DNA of 63,337 nucleotides, filler included, from Reclinomonas americana ATCC 50394 (GCA_048213135.1; 4 parts of 3 records of this genome joined end to end with filler, not necessarily neighbours in it), one strand, 5' to 3'; positions 13,468-26,721 are shown, counted from the first letter of the whole stretch. Notes: a model not told the origin generated them from the sequence alone. Translations and numbers: made by a program.

Positions 13468-15292
13468 ATGACAACCACAGCAACGACGACCACCGCCACC
13501 AACCCCGTCGCCTTGAGCGCCGACGAGGCACTGGAAGAGGCGCTCCAGCAGTCTGTCATTCGCGAGGCCATGGTGCACGAGGGTGTGGAGGTGGAGGAGG
13601 TCCGGAGCATTTTGCGACCATGCATCCTGGCCTTCCCCAATGGACGGGCACAGGACTTGAAGGCAGACGATCGGAAGAGGCGCTTGGAGGAGCTGAGGGA
13701 GCGCTATCCGGCGTTTTGCAAGGTGAGTGGTGTGCGGACACGGAGAATTCTTGGTGTGAGTGAGTGAGTGAGGGCGCGTGTCATGAGTGGTCACTGTGTG
13801 TGCATGTGTGTGTGGCGGTGTGTGCTGCGTCTCTCGTGGCTATGTTGTGTTCCATACAGCTCTGCGATTTGCATGCCGCCGGCATCAGCATAAGATTGCT
13901 GTTTATCTCAGTCTCTCTTCCTCCCTCTCTCTTCTTTGTCTGTCTGTCAGGCGTCTGTGTCTCTTTTCCCGCAGTCTGTCTATGTGGGTGCGTGTGTCTT
14001 ATTCCACTGCTGGGTTCTGTGTGGGAGCGATTCATGTTGTCGTCAATATGCACGCTGGAAACCAAACCTTCCCCCAATACCGCCGTCTCATATTCTCGCA
14101 TTCTCGCACACACTCTCTCTGCACACACACTCTCTCTGCACTCGCCACCACCGCAGTGCTACACATCACTTTGTCTAGCGGAACACTCCCTCTTGGCGTT
14201 CTTTCGTGAAAAGCACACGTGCATTCGCACACGCACAGGACGAATCGATTGCCTAATCAGGAGATGCAACTTTTTGTGCAGGTCTTGCCGACCCACCCGG
14301 TGAAGGGCGAGCGCATGGAGAAGCGATGCACGAGGCGGCGCATCCGCCTCAGCTCCGTGTTGAGCATGGTCAACGAGGAGAGAGCGCGCCAATCGTTGCG
14401 TCTTTTTGCTGCGTCCTTTTTTGTATCGAGTTGTGTTCGGTATTTCGTGACGCCGGTGGTGGTGGTGACGTGCAGGCGCAAGGCACTGAAGAAGAACGAC
14501 TGCTTGTGGCGCGCATGCCGCGAGGCCTTGATGGCGCTGCAAGGCGCCAGTCGCAAACGCGGCTGCTGCAGCCAATGGCGCATGCTGTCGACAATGGACT
14601 GGTCCGACGAGGCGGAACAATTGACGGTGGCGCACGAGCAGAGAATGTTGGCGGCCGCGGCCGGCGACAGCGACACTGTCTGCAGCGCCTCCACCACCGA
14701 CGACGGCGACGAAGCAGCGCCTCGCCGTACGCGGCGTTCAAAGTCGACGGGCCCGCGCAAGTCGCGCGCGTGGGCATCCGCTGCTGCCGCTGCCGGAGAG
14801 AGCAGCGGAGGCGGCCATGTCGCCGCTCCTCCGGCCAACCATTTCACGCACACGAGCGTATTTGAGCAGCCGCCACTGTCGCCGGACTGTCGCGACACAT
14901 TGCCGCCGTTCCCGCCGCCGCTGCTGCTGGCGCCACCTGTGCTGCCGATGATGGTGTTGGAATCTGGACAGGCGCCAGTGCCACTGCCGCAGCGCGGACC
15001 CTCGGCGCTGATTGTGTTTTCGTCTGCCATGAACGCGCCGCTGCTGCCGCCGTACGCGGTGATGATGCCGGTGGCTCCGTCGCCTACGACCGATGTCCCC
15101 TCGATGTCGCGCTTCGATACCGGCGCGTCGATTCCGGATTCGTTGCACCTCGGCGAGCTCGAGTGCATGCAAGCTGCGGAAGCGGCGGATGCCGACGCGG
15201 AGAGAATGCTGGCGCGCGAGGGGTCTGTCGACAGCGACGACGCTGGCGATGCGGAGTGGTCGCTGTTTTGGCCGCAGGTGCCACACCTATAG
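13468..15292 (+). CDS. Hypothetical protein, possibly a divergent bHLH transcription factor with a Pro-rich and acidic C-terminus
   Basis: Exons 13468-13722 (AAG|GTGAGT), 14282-14394 (C|GTTGCGT) and 14476-15292. Spliced product contains ADDRKRRLEELRERYPAFCKVLP...KALKKNDCLWRACREALMALQ, resembling bHLH basic/helix 1 and helix 2. The gene itself is well supported; the bHLH call is tentative. Confidence 0.6.
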
Positions 15293-15439
15293 CAGAATTC
15301 GAATACCGGCGAGTTCGAGAATAATCGTGTGCAATGACGCACTCTCGCTCGCTCGCTCGCACCCACCCACCCACCCACCATGTTGCAAGAGGATGTTATA
15401 AGTGAAATCGCTGGCCTTATCGTACGCTTGACATCCATG

Positions 15440-15890
15440 ACGGCTTGCTTCGGCTTCCGGTATCAACTTCGCGTGTCCGACTGCAGTGCTGCGCTCAGAC
15501 AGCGCATGAAAGACAGAGAGGAGAGAGCAATAGTCCGCGATATTTCTACTCTGCGCGTGATTGCAGGCGCGAGTGATTCACAACAATTTTCGGCTGTCCT
15601 GCGACGATAATTTTGTCTTCTGTCGCATTTGTGCAATGCCGTGCTGAGGCAGAGAGTGAAAAAGAGAGAAGAGAAGAGTCCACAGCTCCCTCCCCTCTGC
15701 GCATGCTTGCAGAGACGGGTGAGTCACGACATTCAGGTTGTCCTGCGACAGTAATCTTGTCTTCTTTTGCATTTGTGCACCGCATCGCTCAGGCAGCGAG
15801 TGAAAGAGAGAGAAGACCAATCCTCATCACCTCTCCTCTGTGTGTACTTGCAGGGGTTCACCGTCGTTCAATTTGTCCTGCGACGTCAAT
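15440..15890. repeat. Degenerate intergenic tandem repeat, about 130-150 nt unit, about 3 copies
   Basis: Recurring blocks GCTGTCCTGCGACG..AAT.TTGTCTTCT..GCATTTGTGCA..G..GAGTGAAA.AGAGAGAAGA. Confidence 0.55.
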
Positions 15891-15902
15891 CAACTCACAC
15901 AC

Positions 15903-18879
15903 ATGCGCAAGGGCAAGTCTCTCTTGGGCGACCAGCTCGCCGACCTACTCAACCCCAAGCCACGCGGTACGTGATCCTCCTTGCACTCTCTCTCACACAC
16001 AAGTGTCCTCGCGTGTGTGTCTGTGTGCGCCATGTGCACATTCACATCACCAACCTCACCTCGCCGCTTTACTTTGTGTAGACTTTGATCCGGAGGAAGC
16101 GGATGGTCGCGCGCAAGTCGATCGTTATGTAGCCAGCGATGAGGAAGATAGCGGGAGCGATGATGATGATGATGGCGATCAGCGTGTGCGACGACCAGCG
16201 GTGACTCACCAGTTGCGCTCATGCACTCACAACACGCACACGCACACAGAGGCACTCGTCCTCTCACTTGCTGCACAAATGTCTCTCTTTCTCTGCCTCC
16301 TCTCTCATTGCATGCAAGCATTTGCAGCACTCACTTCTTGTCCCTCTCTTCATTGTCTCTTCTCCCTTCTCTTCCCCTTTCCCTTCTCCTGCAGTCGTTG
16401 CATTCACTCTCTGTTTGCCCCCTCCCTCTTCCCCCTCCCTCTTCCCCCTTCGCTCATCCCCCTTCTCTTCCCCCTTCTCCTTCCCCCTTCTCCTTCCCCC
16501 TTCTCCTTCCCCCTTCTCTTCCCCCTTCTCTTCCCCCTTCTCTTCCCCCTTCTCTTTNNNNNNNNNNNNNNNNNNNNCAGAGGATGAAGGAGAAGACGAG
16601 GAGCAGGAGGAGGAAGGGGAGGAGGGTCGCACGCGCACGCTGCTGGAAGAGCTGCAGGACTTGAGTGACTCGTACGACGAAGACGAGGAGGATGAGGAGC
16701 AGGAGGAGAAGAAGAAGAAGAAGAAGCAGAAGAGCAAGAAAACAAAGAGGAGAAAAGCGGCGGTGGTGAGTGTCAATGGTGGTTTCCTCGCGAAAGAGCC
16801 CCTTGCTTATGTTCTGTGCAGGAGAGCGATGACGACGATGATGACGACGCTGACGATGGCGATGAAGAGGACGGAATGGGACTCGGGGAGCTCGGCGATG
16901 AGCTGGAGACGATTGCGCGCGAGCAGCAGAAGAGCAAGATGAAGCTGGTGTCGGATTCGTCGGCAGACGATGTGCAAAAGGGACTGCATGCACGGAATCA
17001 AAGAGTTGCGGGCGACAAGACGCAGGGGGGTTTGGGATGCGAGGCTTTTTGCTGACTCTCTGTGCACAGGGCCTCTACAACTCGTTCCTGCGTATGCGCA
17101 TCCATCTGCAGCGACCGCTGACGGCCACCAACCGCCTACCGCAACACGACACCCTCGGTGCCTTTGTGGAGTCGTCTGCCAAGGCAAAATCATCGCTGGA
17201 GGCGGCCAAGGAGACGGCGTACTCGCTGTTTGGCGACATGCTGGCGCTGGAGCGTGTGTTGCACAATCAGCGCCCGGAGAAAGGCAAGACGTCGGACATG
17301 GAGGCTGAGGGTGACGATGTGGCGCCGCAGAGCATTGACGAGGCGTGGGAACGGCTCGAGGCTCATCGGCAAGTGCTGGACGAGTACCGCGATGAGACCC
17401 TGGAGCGTGTCAGTCGGCGCGTGCAGGTCACCAGCGGACAGTCGTTCACGCAGCAGTTCAAGGCTGTGAACTTGGTTTGTTTTTTGATTCATGATTCAAG
17501 ACATGGGCTGTCGTGACTGACATGCAACGTTAAATAGGGTGTCATCTCTCAAGTGCACATGCTGATGCGAGCACCGGAGCGACTTGTGGGGAAGACACAG
17601 CAGAAGCGGTTCGAGGGGCGCATTCTTGGCAAGGTGTGTGTTTGGTTCGAAGATCTCTCATTGTCAGTGTTGTTCAGAACTCTTCGTGTCGTTTGTTCTC
17701 CTCTTCTGTCACTCTTGGTTTGCATTCTGAGCTCTGCTTGCCTTTCCTCTCGCCACTCTCCTCTCCCCTGCCTCTCGTGGATCTCCACCTGGCCGTTTTC
17801 TAACCACCAAGCTGCTTCCGCCCTCTCCTGTCTCTCTTGGTTGATCATCGCCCTTCGCTGCTCTCCTCTTCTGTCACTCGGCAAGTCGTAATTGTGAACT
17901 CCTACTTACCTTTGCTCACAAACCTGGCATTCACAGCTTCTTGTTCTCATGTCTACTTGTCATTATGCGCGCGTCTTGCCACCCTCTCTTGTCTTTCTTG
18001 GGTGCTGAGCGACTTCCACCCTCTCACAGCGCATTTCACCCCTGACTGTCGTTCAGATGTCCATCTGCAATTTTTCTCTCTTGTTGCTCTCTCTTCGTGG
18101 TCTGATTGCATCTGCGTCCTTTGTTCTCTCTCGCCCTCTCTTTTTGTTTTGACGTTCTGGACACCACCACGTCTCCTTTGTTCTCCAACCCGTCGTTCCC
18201 TGCTTCGTTCTCGCATTCTTTCTTGTCATTCTATCGCCACTCTACCTCCGCCCTCTCCAGTCTCGTGGTTGTCATTATTTTCCCCGTTCCTGGTCGTCGT
18301 TCCAACTCCTACGTGTCCTTTTCTCTTGTTGCCTTGCATCCACTGCCCTCTGCTCTCGTCCTTTGTTGTCATATGTGGCCCCACCTGCTGTTTGCTCTCT
18401 CATGACTCACTCTACTCGTTGCACTGCTCTCCTTTCACCCTAGGTTGTCAGTTTTCGCACCAGCGTGTCCGTTGTTCTCCTCCTCTGTCTTCCTTCTCTC
18501 CTCCCCTGTCTTCCGCTCGCTTCCCTTTCCCACTCATCTACCGCTCTTTGTTCTCCTCTCCCTCTCTCTTTTCCCTCGCACAGCGCCCTTCTTCCTCCTC
18601 CTCCTCCTCCACCACCACCACTGGCGACGATGGCGATGCTGGCGAGCCACCGCAGAAGCGCCACGAGATCGACGAGGAGATCTTTGATGACACCGACTTT
18701 TACCAGCAAGTGTTGCTCCGCGACATTATCAGCGAAACGACAGACGGAGGCGCGGGTGCCGACGACTTGGAGACCATGATGGCCTCGCGAGCGCTCCAGC
18801 GACGAGTGCCGTCCATCAAGAAGCACTACGAAGACAGAGGAGGCAGCAAGGGTCGGAAACTGCGGTGCGTGGGGGACAC

Positions 18880-18926
<47 letters not shown>

Positions 18927-19113
18927 AGGGAAGAGAGAGATGCACGTACCGAATGTTTCGCGCTCACGATTCCTCTCTCTCTCTCTCTTTCTCTCATGAT
19001 CCAGGTACGAGGTGCACGAGAAGCTGGTCGGCTTTTCAGTGCCGCTGCCGTTCGAATACCCGCCCACCACCGACAGCATAGTGGTGAATCTGTTTGGCAA
19101 GAAGCCCACATAA
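15903..19113 (+). CDS. AATF: AATF/Che-1/Bfr2 (small-subunit processome factor), multi-exon
   Basis: N-terminus LGDQLADLLNPKPR|DFDPEE, acidic tract, AATF-Che1 domain KGLHARNQR|GLYNSFLRMRIHLQRPLTATNRLPQ, and TRAUB domain EIFDDTDFYQQVLLRDII..SKGRKLR|YEVHEKLVGFSVP..NLFG; stop TAA at 19111-19113. Confidence 0.9.
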
Positions 19114-19132
19114 AACGAGAAAACGATGCTTG

Positions 19133-22100
19133 TCATGGTCGGCGGTGGATGCCCAATTGCTCGTCCTCCACTTGCTGCAGGAGCGTGAGTGGCGCAGTGT
19201 GTGCATAGTGCGGAGACTCATCCGTATCGTCGTCGGCGTCGTCGTCGCCGCCACCGCGGTGCAGTGCCTTGGTCAGTCGATGCGCTGTGGCACCAAAGAG
19301 GGCCTCAAAGCGCGGCGAGAAGCGACGGCAAAAGAGCACGAGGTCGCGCAGCCCGCCAAACATGACGCTCTGCGTCATGCGCGGTCAGCAGGAAATGGCA
19401 GACAACAACAAGAGGATGAGAGTCACCTTGATGGGCGCCTCAGGTGCATCGGTGTGAGTTTCGTCTCCGGCGGCCAGCGACACCAGCAGCGGCACGAGGT
19501 CGCGCCACGCACCCAGAAACTGCTGGTATGGGAGGGCCACGTTCTCCGCATCCACACTGCACACATCGGCAAGACGGGTGGTGAGGCACTGAAGGAGCAA
19601 TATATTTCCTCACTCTATCCCTCCTTCGCAACGTCTTGTGAACAGCCAGACACGCCATCTTCGTGCATCTCCACAGGACCAGCAAGTACTCTTGATCAGG
19701 CGAAGGCCCCTCTCTGTGCGAGGAATGAACAACAACAAGCAACTCGGAGAGGAGTTCAAGCGCCGATGACGCAACGAATTCTGCAGCTGCGCCACCCCCG
19801 CCGCACCACCACCACCACCACCACCACCACCACCAGTAGCGGTAGCCTCGCCTCGCAACGCACACCACTGCTCGCCGACAGCATCACACAATCTCAATAT
19901 CACTTCGGCATCGTTCGCCAGAGTCGTCGACTCATCGTCAGCCGTCGCTGCGCGTGTGTCGTCCAACTGGCGGCAGCTGGCACCGTCGCGACACCGAATA
20001 CGAGCGGCGGCAACCAGCAGCCAGAAGAGAATGCGCAGCTGTGCGTCGCGAGCGCCAGTGCTGGCAGTCTGCAACGGCACCCAAAGAGATTTCAGCATGT
20101 GAAATAGAGGGTTCACCGGTTGCCACTCCACTCACCGCTGTGCCTTGCCGACTCGCCGGCGCCGCAAGCATGGCAGAGAGCATGTCGGGCGACTGGCACG
20201 CCAATCGGAACGCACACTCGGAGGCCACTCGCAGCGCATCCACTTGATGGGCTACGAAAACGGAAGAGATCAGAAAAAAACGGGATGCGAGAAAAACGCA
20301 TGCAAGCAAGAGGACGAAACAGGGCACGGGCGGAACCACGGGCGCAGCAAGCATGTCCACCAAGGTCGACCATACGGCACGCGATCGCATTGACGCGGCG
20401 AGGCCATTGTGGAAGCGTGGTGCAGTCATGTCGAGTGCACAAGCCTGCACGACGGGTGTGAGTAGCAGCGCTCTAGAATCTGTGAAACGACACATGCACG
20501 CACCTCCAGTAACCGCTGGAGCTGTGCAAAGTACGGCGCCGTGCCGTGATCGACACAGGCACGCAGCAGGTTTGTCAGCTGCGACACCGAGTCGTCGGCA
20601 CTCAGCAACGGGAGACCGCGACCCGGAGTGTTGTGCGCGAGAATTGCAGCGTGCACCTCGCACACGGCCCCAATGCTGCACACCGGCGAGCGCACGGCCG
20701 CCACTAAACTGCGACGGATCGCGTCCACGCCCTCCAGCGACTGCCGCGAAAATGAGAGAAAGAGCATAATGTCAACGCGCAAAGGAAGACCAACGCACCG
20801 ACAGTGGCCGGCGAGCTGCCGAAAGCACCGCCTCGGCCAGTCGAAGGAGGGCGGTGCACAAGTCGCCGTCAGAGGCCAGTGCCGGCTGTCGCATCACACT
20901 CTCGAGCAGACTGCCGACACCGTCCACATGCGACACGTCGAGTTGCGCAGGGCACGCAAAACGCATGTACACCACCAGCTTGGAGATGGTGGACGCTGGA
21001 GGGACGTCGGCGGTGGCCGCAAACGGATCCGTGGAGGAGACAAAATCGGCGAGCTGCACGCACAAAATGATGGAGAGACATGAGAAACGAGTTGCTCTCC
21101 TCTTCCTCGCTATTTCTTCAACTCACCGGCTTCTCCAGCGGCAGCTTTGCTTGCAAGAGCAACTCTTTCAGCTCCACAAATGCCGCTCCGTGATCTGCCA
21201 ACACTCGACTCTGCTCGACCGCATCAATGGCCACCAGCGAGGAGGTGGTCACGCGAGCGAAAGCAGAGCACAGGAACTCGGCTCGCAGCGCGCGCCATCG
21301 ACTGCTCGACGCTCCCTTCTGCGGCGCCACGCACAACGCCTTCACCACCGTGCACAGCGACGTCGGAGAGACCCACGACTGGTGCTGCACAATGACGCGA
21401 CAGCACTCGAGCGAGGCCTCGCTGGGCTCGCCGGCCAACACCGCCGCCGATGTTGCTGAACAGCACATGGTGACCAACGTCTGCAACTCGCTGGAGTCGG
21501 CCTGAGGGGCGCCGTCCCGAAACACGGCCTGTGATGTGTGCAGAGGGAGTGAGAGATCAGAAAGAGACAAAAAACAAAGGAGAACGTCGCGCACATGGCG
21601 AAGCAGGGCGCAGAACGCAGAGCGCCAGTGCGCAGCGCACTCGGCGTTCCAAGGTGCTGAGGTCACGCCCAACGCCGGCAACAACAGGCGGAAGAAATGC
21701 ACTTGCCATGGTCGAGCGTTTCTGGCGTTTCGACAACGGTGAGATTGCAGGGCGACAGCAAAGGAACACATCGCAAGTCAACCAACCTAGAATTGCGCTC
21801 CACCCACTGTTGCATCTCCCGAGCAATCAGGAGCTGCAGCGGGGAATCATATCGCGATTCACCCGTGACCTGTTGCTCCACTTCGCGCGTCATCGCCACC
21901 AGACAGTGGACGTACGGTTCCGAGCTGGCGCCTGCGACCAACACTTCAGGTCGCTGCGCGAGGCACTCCAGCAGCCGGAAATACAGCTCCACGCTTGCCA
22001 ACTGCCGAGGCGGGGGGGGGGGGGGGGGGAGGTAAGCTTCTTGGAAGAGCAGAGGTGGTGAGCCAAATACAAAAGACCTTGAGACTCGTCAACTCCGTGT

Positions 22101-24705
22101 CATTGGCGCTGACGGAGCGCGCCAGGTGCGGCAGCAAGCTCTCGATAGGGAACTGAGGTGGCGGCGCGTACTCTCGCATCAGCGCCGCCACGTCGCGACA
22201 AATTTGCACGCATTGCAGTGGATCGGTGGACGAGTCGACAAAGAGAGCGTGGGCGAGGGACAGCCCGCGCTCCCACATAATGGGCGCGGCGATCCTCAAC
22301 CGACTTTGTGCATGCAGTCGCATGGAGTCCTACGTCGGAGGCACAGGTCAGTCTATAACACAAGAAGGTGCGCCTTCTATCTCCATTGCTCCCTTCGCCC
22401 ACACCCACCTGCATGGCATCCAGCGCCCGCACGACGTGCAGAAAGAGTGCACCAATGGCCGGCACGAGTGGTGTGGCCTGCGGCAAGTGCTCCAGCAGAC
22501 GGATGGTGCGGTACATGACGATTTCCCGCGGCTCCAGTGTCATTGCCGGCTGAATGAGGTCGTCGGCGCAGTTCGGCAGACAGCGAATGCACGCCGTCAC
22601 AATGGCCGCTGTGGCATCGACCGCCGACATGTACGCGTCGTCCAGCATATTCCAAATCAGCGGTAGCAGACTGGCCGCTTGTTCCTGAACCACATGCTGG
22701 CTGTTGGTGATGCCGCTGCTGAAGAGCGTGGAGCAGCCGAGAATGGCGTCAGTCATGCGCAGAATCGTGCAGGTAACCTACAGGCGTGACACAACAGCGT
22801 CAATAGGAGGGAGAACCGGCAACACCACGAAATGCTTGCGCTCACCGACGGCGGCACCGGTTGATAGAGGGCGACACATACGAGTCGCGACAGCAACACT
22901 GATGCCGGCGAGGTGAGGACGGCGGTCTTGGGCGAGCTCTGCAGGCTGAGTGCGAGGTTCACCTCCGGCAGTCCGCGATGTGCTTCGCCTGCAGTCGAGC
23001 AGCAGTGTGTGTGAAGGAGAGGGGCGAGTATCGCGTGCGCGGGGATACAGACGCAACTGCGCACAAAAGGCATGCACAATTGCTTTTCCTTGTTGCTGTT
23101 GCCCGGGAGAATGCCGCACGCCAGCTGCAGAAACTCGCATGCCAGCGTAACAAACTGCAGAAGCTCGGCCGCCGTGCACGTCTGGTACAAGTGCGCCGAC
23201 TCGGCGAGCACGCTGGCCACGTTGCCGAGCGTCGTCGCCACTGGCCCACTGGCCTCGAACAGCAGCGGCTCTGCTGACACGGACGCGGTGGAGGCGGCGT
23301 GGGTGTGCCACAAATGGCGCATTTGGCGCACAATCAGATGCAGGGCGCAGAGAGTGAAGGGGACGGGCAGGTGCGGTTGGATGGCTTCGGCGAGCACCCA
23401 GAGTGGAATGCTGATGCTGTTGAGGGGAAGAAAGGGGGCAAGTCAATACGTGCGAGGAGACGCAGACCGGACGTGCATGAGTTACCTCATGCGCGACAGC
23501 AAGCACATCCACGCACACCCACGACGGGTGCGGTTCAGCAAATCGGCGCCGTCCAGGTAGGATACGACGTGGACGCCGGTGACGCTGCGGTGGGATTGGA
23601 ACATGCGGACGACGAACTCGAATTCCTGGGAGGGGAAGGGTGGGAAGGGGTGATTGGGGGAAGGGGGATGAGAGGAAGGAAGGTGGGAGAAGAAGAAGAA
23701 GAAGAAAAAGAAGAAGAAGATGAAGATGAAGATGACGATAATGTTGATCCTATCTTTCGTCTCTCTCTCGCTCCCGCTCACGTCTTTATGCAAGCTCTTC
23801 TCCCTTTACCACTCCCTTTCCCGCCATCGCTCTCCCTCTCCAACAACCACGCAACTTCCCTATCCTCATGCATCGCCTGAAACGCGGTGAAGAGAGCCAC
23901 AAAGCTGGCGGTGAACTGCTCCGACACATCAATGTGCATGGCTGCCGCAAGCACCTCGTCCTTCATCCACGCATCGAGAACCTGCACCGCACAAATGAGG
24001 GGAAAGTCCCTGCCAGCAAATGAATGGCTGCAGTAACTCGTTGATTCGGCACAGAGGCAGCCAGCTTCTCGTGCTCGTCGATCAACTCGTCACACCAGGC
24101 CGGCAGCACGTCGCGCACGACCAGCGCAAATTGCGGTACGCGCGCCAGCAGCCGCTCCATTCTTCGCATCAGCACGGTCCAGCGGTGCTCCGTGGTCATG
24201 AACTACACATACACATTGGGCACATCAGCATTGAGGAAACACTTGCTGTGCGAGTTTCCACTTGCCGATAGTGCTGGATCGCCATCCGACCGACGCCAAA
24301 GCGGGCCGGCTTGCACGCATTCGGGTGCATCGGGCTGCATTACACGACGAAGAAGAAGTGGTTGCGCGGCACAGGCGCGGCGTAAGAAAGGGTACAGGAA
24401 TCTGGAGAGTGCGTCGTTCCTGGATGGTGGAGAGAAGTGAATGAGATGGACGAAAGGAAAGAAAGTGAAACTCGACGCACCAAGCCTGCGCTGCATCAAC
24501 AGAGTCGGTCGGCTCTGGCACATCCATGGTGGCCACGGCGGCGTAGAGAAGGCGCGATAGCACCTGGTGTGGGGAAAGAGTGAGAAAAGAGGAGCGCTCA
24601 TGATCCAGTCTCTCTCTTCCTCTCCCCNNNNNNNNNNNNNNNNNNNNCTCATGATCTCTCTCGGACGTCAACCATCAGTTCCCTGGCGCAGCGGGCCTCA
24701 AGGTC
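19133..24705 (-). CDS. Large multi-exon hypothetical protein, Leu/Ala-rich and probably alpha-solenoid (ARM/HEAT-like); 5' end unresolved
   Basis: Chain of minus-strand GC-rich exons; the junctions checked splice in frame (DAAQA W|NDALSRFLYPFLRR; AMHEDRE|EFEFVVRMF; QLQNS|EGPSPDQEYLLVLW; AVHKT|VDAENVALPYQQF). Probable stop at 19133. No recognisable catalytic motif. Confidence 0.7.
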
Positions 24706-24889
24706 TGTGCAAAAACACCTCGAAGACCGCCATTGGCGAGTTCATGACGGCGCGCCCGGCCTCAATGGAGACCTCTCGATCTCTCGAACAGTTTTTCAAA
24801 GCGAGCTCCTTCGCGATCGCGATATCTCGAGTTCGAAATGATCTCTTGCGCATGCGGAAGTCAACTATCAGCTCCCACGTGAGTACTCA

Positions 24890-25375
24890 TGATCTGTCCG
24901 AGTTGCAGAACGCGAGATACACAGACTGCTGCAGAAAACGAATTGCCAACGTCGCAAAGTCGACGTCTTCCTGCAGCTGTAGGAACAGGACCATACGAGA
25001 TCAAACGCTCCGGCTACCACGTCCACTGCCTCAGCTGCAGAACGCGCGACACACTGCAGCAGCAGAGAAAGAAGAGCCAACGTCGCAAAGTCTTCCTGCA
25101 GCTGTCACTTGCGACAATCACTGCAACTGAACAGGATGAAAGGATGTCAAGGCTTGCCATCTTGCAAGTCAACCGTCTGCGCTGCAGGATACGCAACACG
25201 CAACTGCAGAGAAAGAAGAAGAGCAAACGTCGCAAAGTCCTGACATTTGCAAAACTATCACATGCTGAAACAGGACGGTAGGAGGTCAAGGCTTAAGTCA
25301 ACCGTCTGCGCCGCAGGATACGCAACACGCAACTGCAGAGAAACAAGACGAGCAAACGTCGTAAAGTCCTGCGAA
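24890..25375. repeat. Degenerate tandem repeat, about 120-150 nt unit, about 4 copies
   Basis: Recurring CTGCAG.A.ACGC..CAC.CA.CTGCAG..AGAAA.AAGA.G.CAA.CGTCGCAAAGTC. Confidence 0.6.
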
Positions 25376-25388
25376 TCACACAACACAA

Positions 25389-25660
25389 ATGGAGCTCAGT
25401 GAGAACCAACTCTCCACTCTCAAACACCTCGAAGACCGCCTCGCCAATGCACGCGAGTTCATGACCGCGGTGCTCACACGCCCGGCCTCCGTGGAGACCT
25501 CGCTCGATCGGTTGTTGACTGGTGGCAAGGCGTCGACGTCGACACTGGCGGAGCAGCGACAGGCGCTTGCTGAGTCATTGGTGCCCGTGCGGCAGCGAGT
25601 GAGGCCGCCTCTCACTCGCTTCGCGGCCGTTGTGGATGACGTGGCGGCGGTGTTGCAGCA
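25389..25660 (+). CDS. Probable first exon of a hypothetical helical protein; gene truncated by the contig end
   Basis: MELSENQLSTLKHLEDRLANAREFMTAVL...FAAVVDDVAAVLQQ has coding-like composition and ends at A|GTTGAGT before a GA-rich intron. Confidence 0.55.
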
Positions 25661-25856
25661 GTTGAGTGGAGGGAGGGAGAGGGAGAGGGAGAGAGAGACA
25701 ACTGAGAGAGAGAGAGAGAGAGAAAACAGAGACACAGAGAGCCTGACAGGGAGAGAGAGAGAGAGCATTGAGAGAGAGCCTGGCAGAGAGACAGAGAAAG
25801 ACTGAGACACAGNNNNNNNNNNNNNNNNNNNNNNNNNNNNNNNNNNNNNNNNNNNN

Positions 25857-25868
25857 TTAATTAATTAA
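25857..25868. other. Artificial contig-joining spacer (six-frame stop linker)
   Basis: TTAATTAATTAA flanked by 44 N on each side; genes on both sides are truncated while pointing into it. Confidence 0.95.
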
Positions 25869-26102
25869 NNNNNNNNNNNNNNNNNNNNNNNNNNNNNNNN
25901 NNNNNNNNNNNNGAGAGAGAGAGAGAGACAAGAGAGACGAGACAAGCAATTCAATCAAATGGCGTATGGGAGCAAGAAACAAGAGCGGAAACAAGAGGAC
26001 GAGAGAGAAGCTGTCCAGTCACGAGAAAAGAGAGAGAGAGAGAGAGAGCAACTATCTGTGTATGAGTGAGTGAGGGTGAGAGTGTGTGGGAGGTGTGTGT
26101 AC

Positions 26103-26721
26103 CATAATAGGGCTCCGTCTCATCGGCGTCTCCGCGATCGTACATTACATAGTTCTTGAATCGGCGCCACCACTTGATGTCAAGCACAAACCACTTGGCG
26201 CCAATCTGCAAAAACAACAAAACAAACACATGAGACAACCTGGCAGAGAGAAACACGCTCACACAGAGAGAGAGGAACACACAAACACGCGCGCGCGGAC
26301 AGTAAAAGTGACGCAACATAAAAAAGACAACTCCCATGCACAACAAGCAAGACAGACAGGAGAGGCACATGCACATAGGCAGAGAGAGACACACAACGAG
26401 ACAAGACAAGAGAGGGGCGCGCGGAAGAGAAGAAGAGCGTGCGTAATGAACCGACATGACAACCACCTCAAACACACACACACACTTTCTTCTCGCTCAC
26501 ACCTCCATCTGCGTAAACGCAATCAAGCGGCGAATCTCACGTCGCTGCTCCCAAATCGGCGGCACCACCACATCCTCCTCTTCCTCTGCCTCTGCTTCTT
26601 GCGCAGGCACCGAAATGTCCGCGCCCCCGTCCTCCACATTCCCCGCCTCCTCAACCACCGCCGGCTGCTGCTGCTCAGCTGCATCTGCGTCCATTGCCGC
26701 TGTGTGACCGTCGTCGCTCAT
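26103..26721 (-). CDS. N-terminal exons of a DUSP-domain ubiquitin-specific protease (USP4/11/15-like); truncated by the contig end
   Basis: Exons 26721-26503 and 26205-26103 give EQRREIRRLIAFTQME|IGAKWFVLDIKWWRRFKNYVMYD, matching the DUSP pattern G.xWyL....Ww..wk.YV.yD. Confidence 0.75.

Noticed and set aside
25857..25868. TTAATTAATTAA palindrome recurring three times (also 44279 and 59090)
   Set aside because: Centred in identical N44 runs and giving stops in all six frames: an assembly linker. Gene neighbourhoods across it are not biological.
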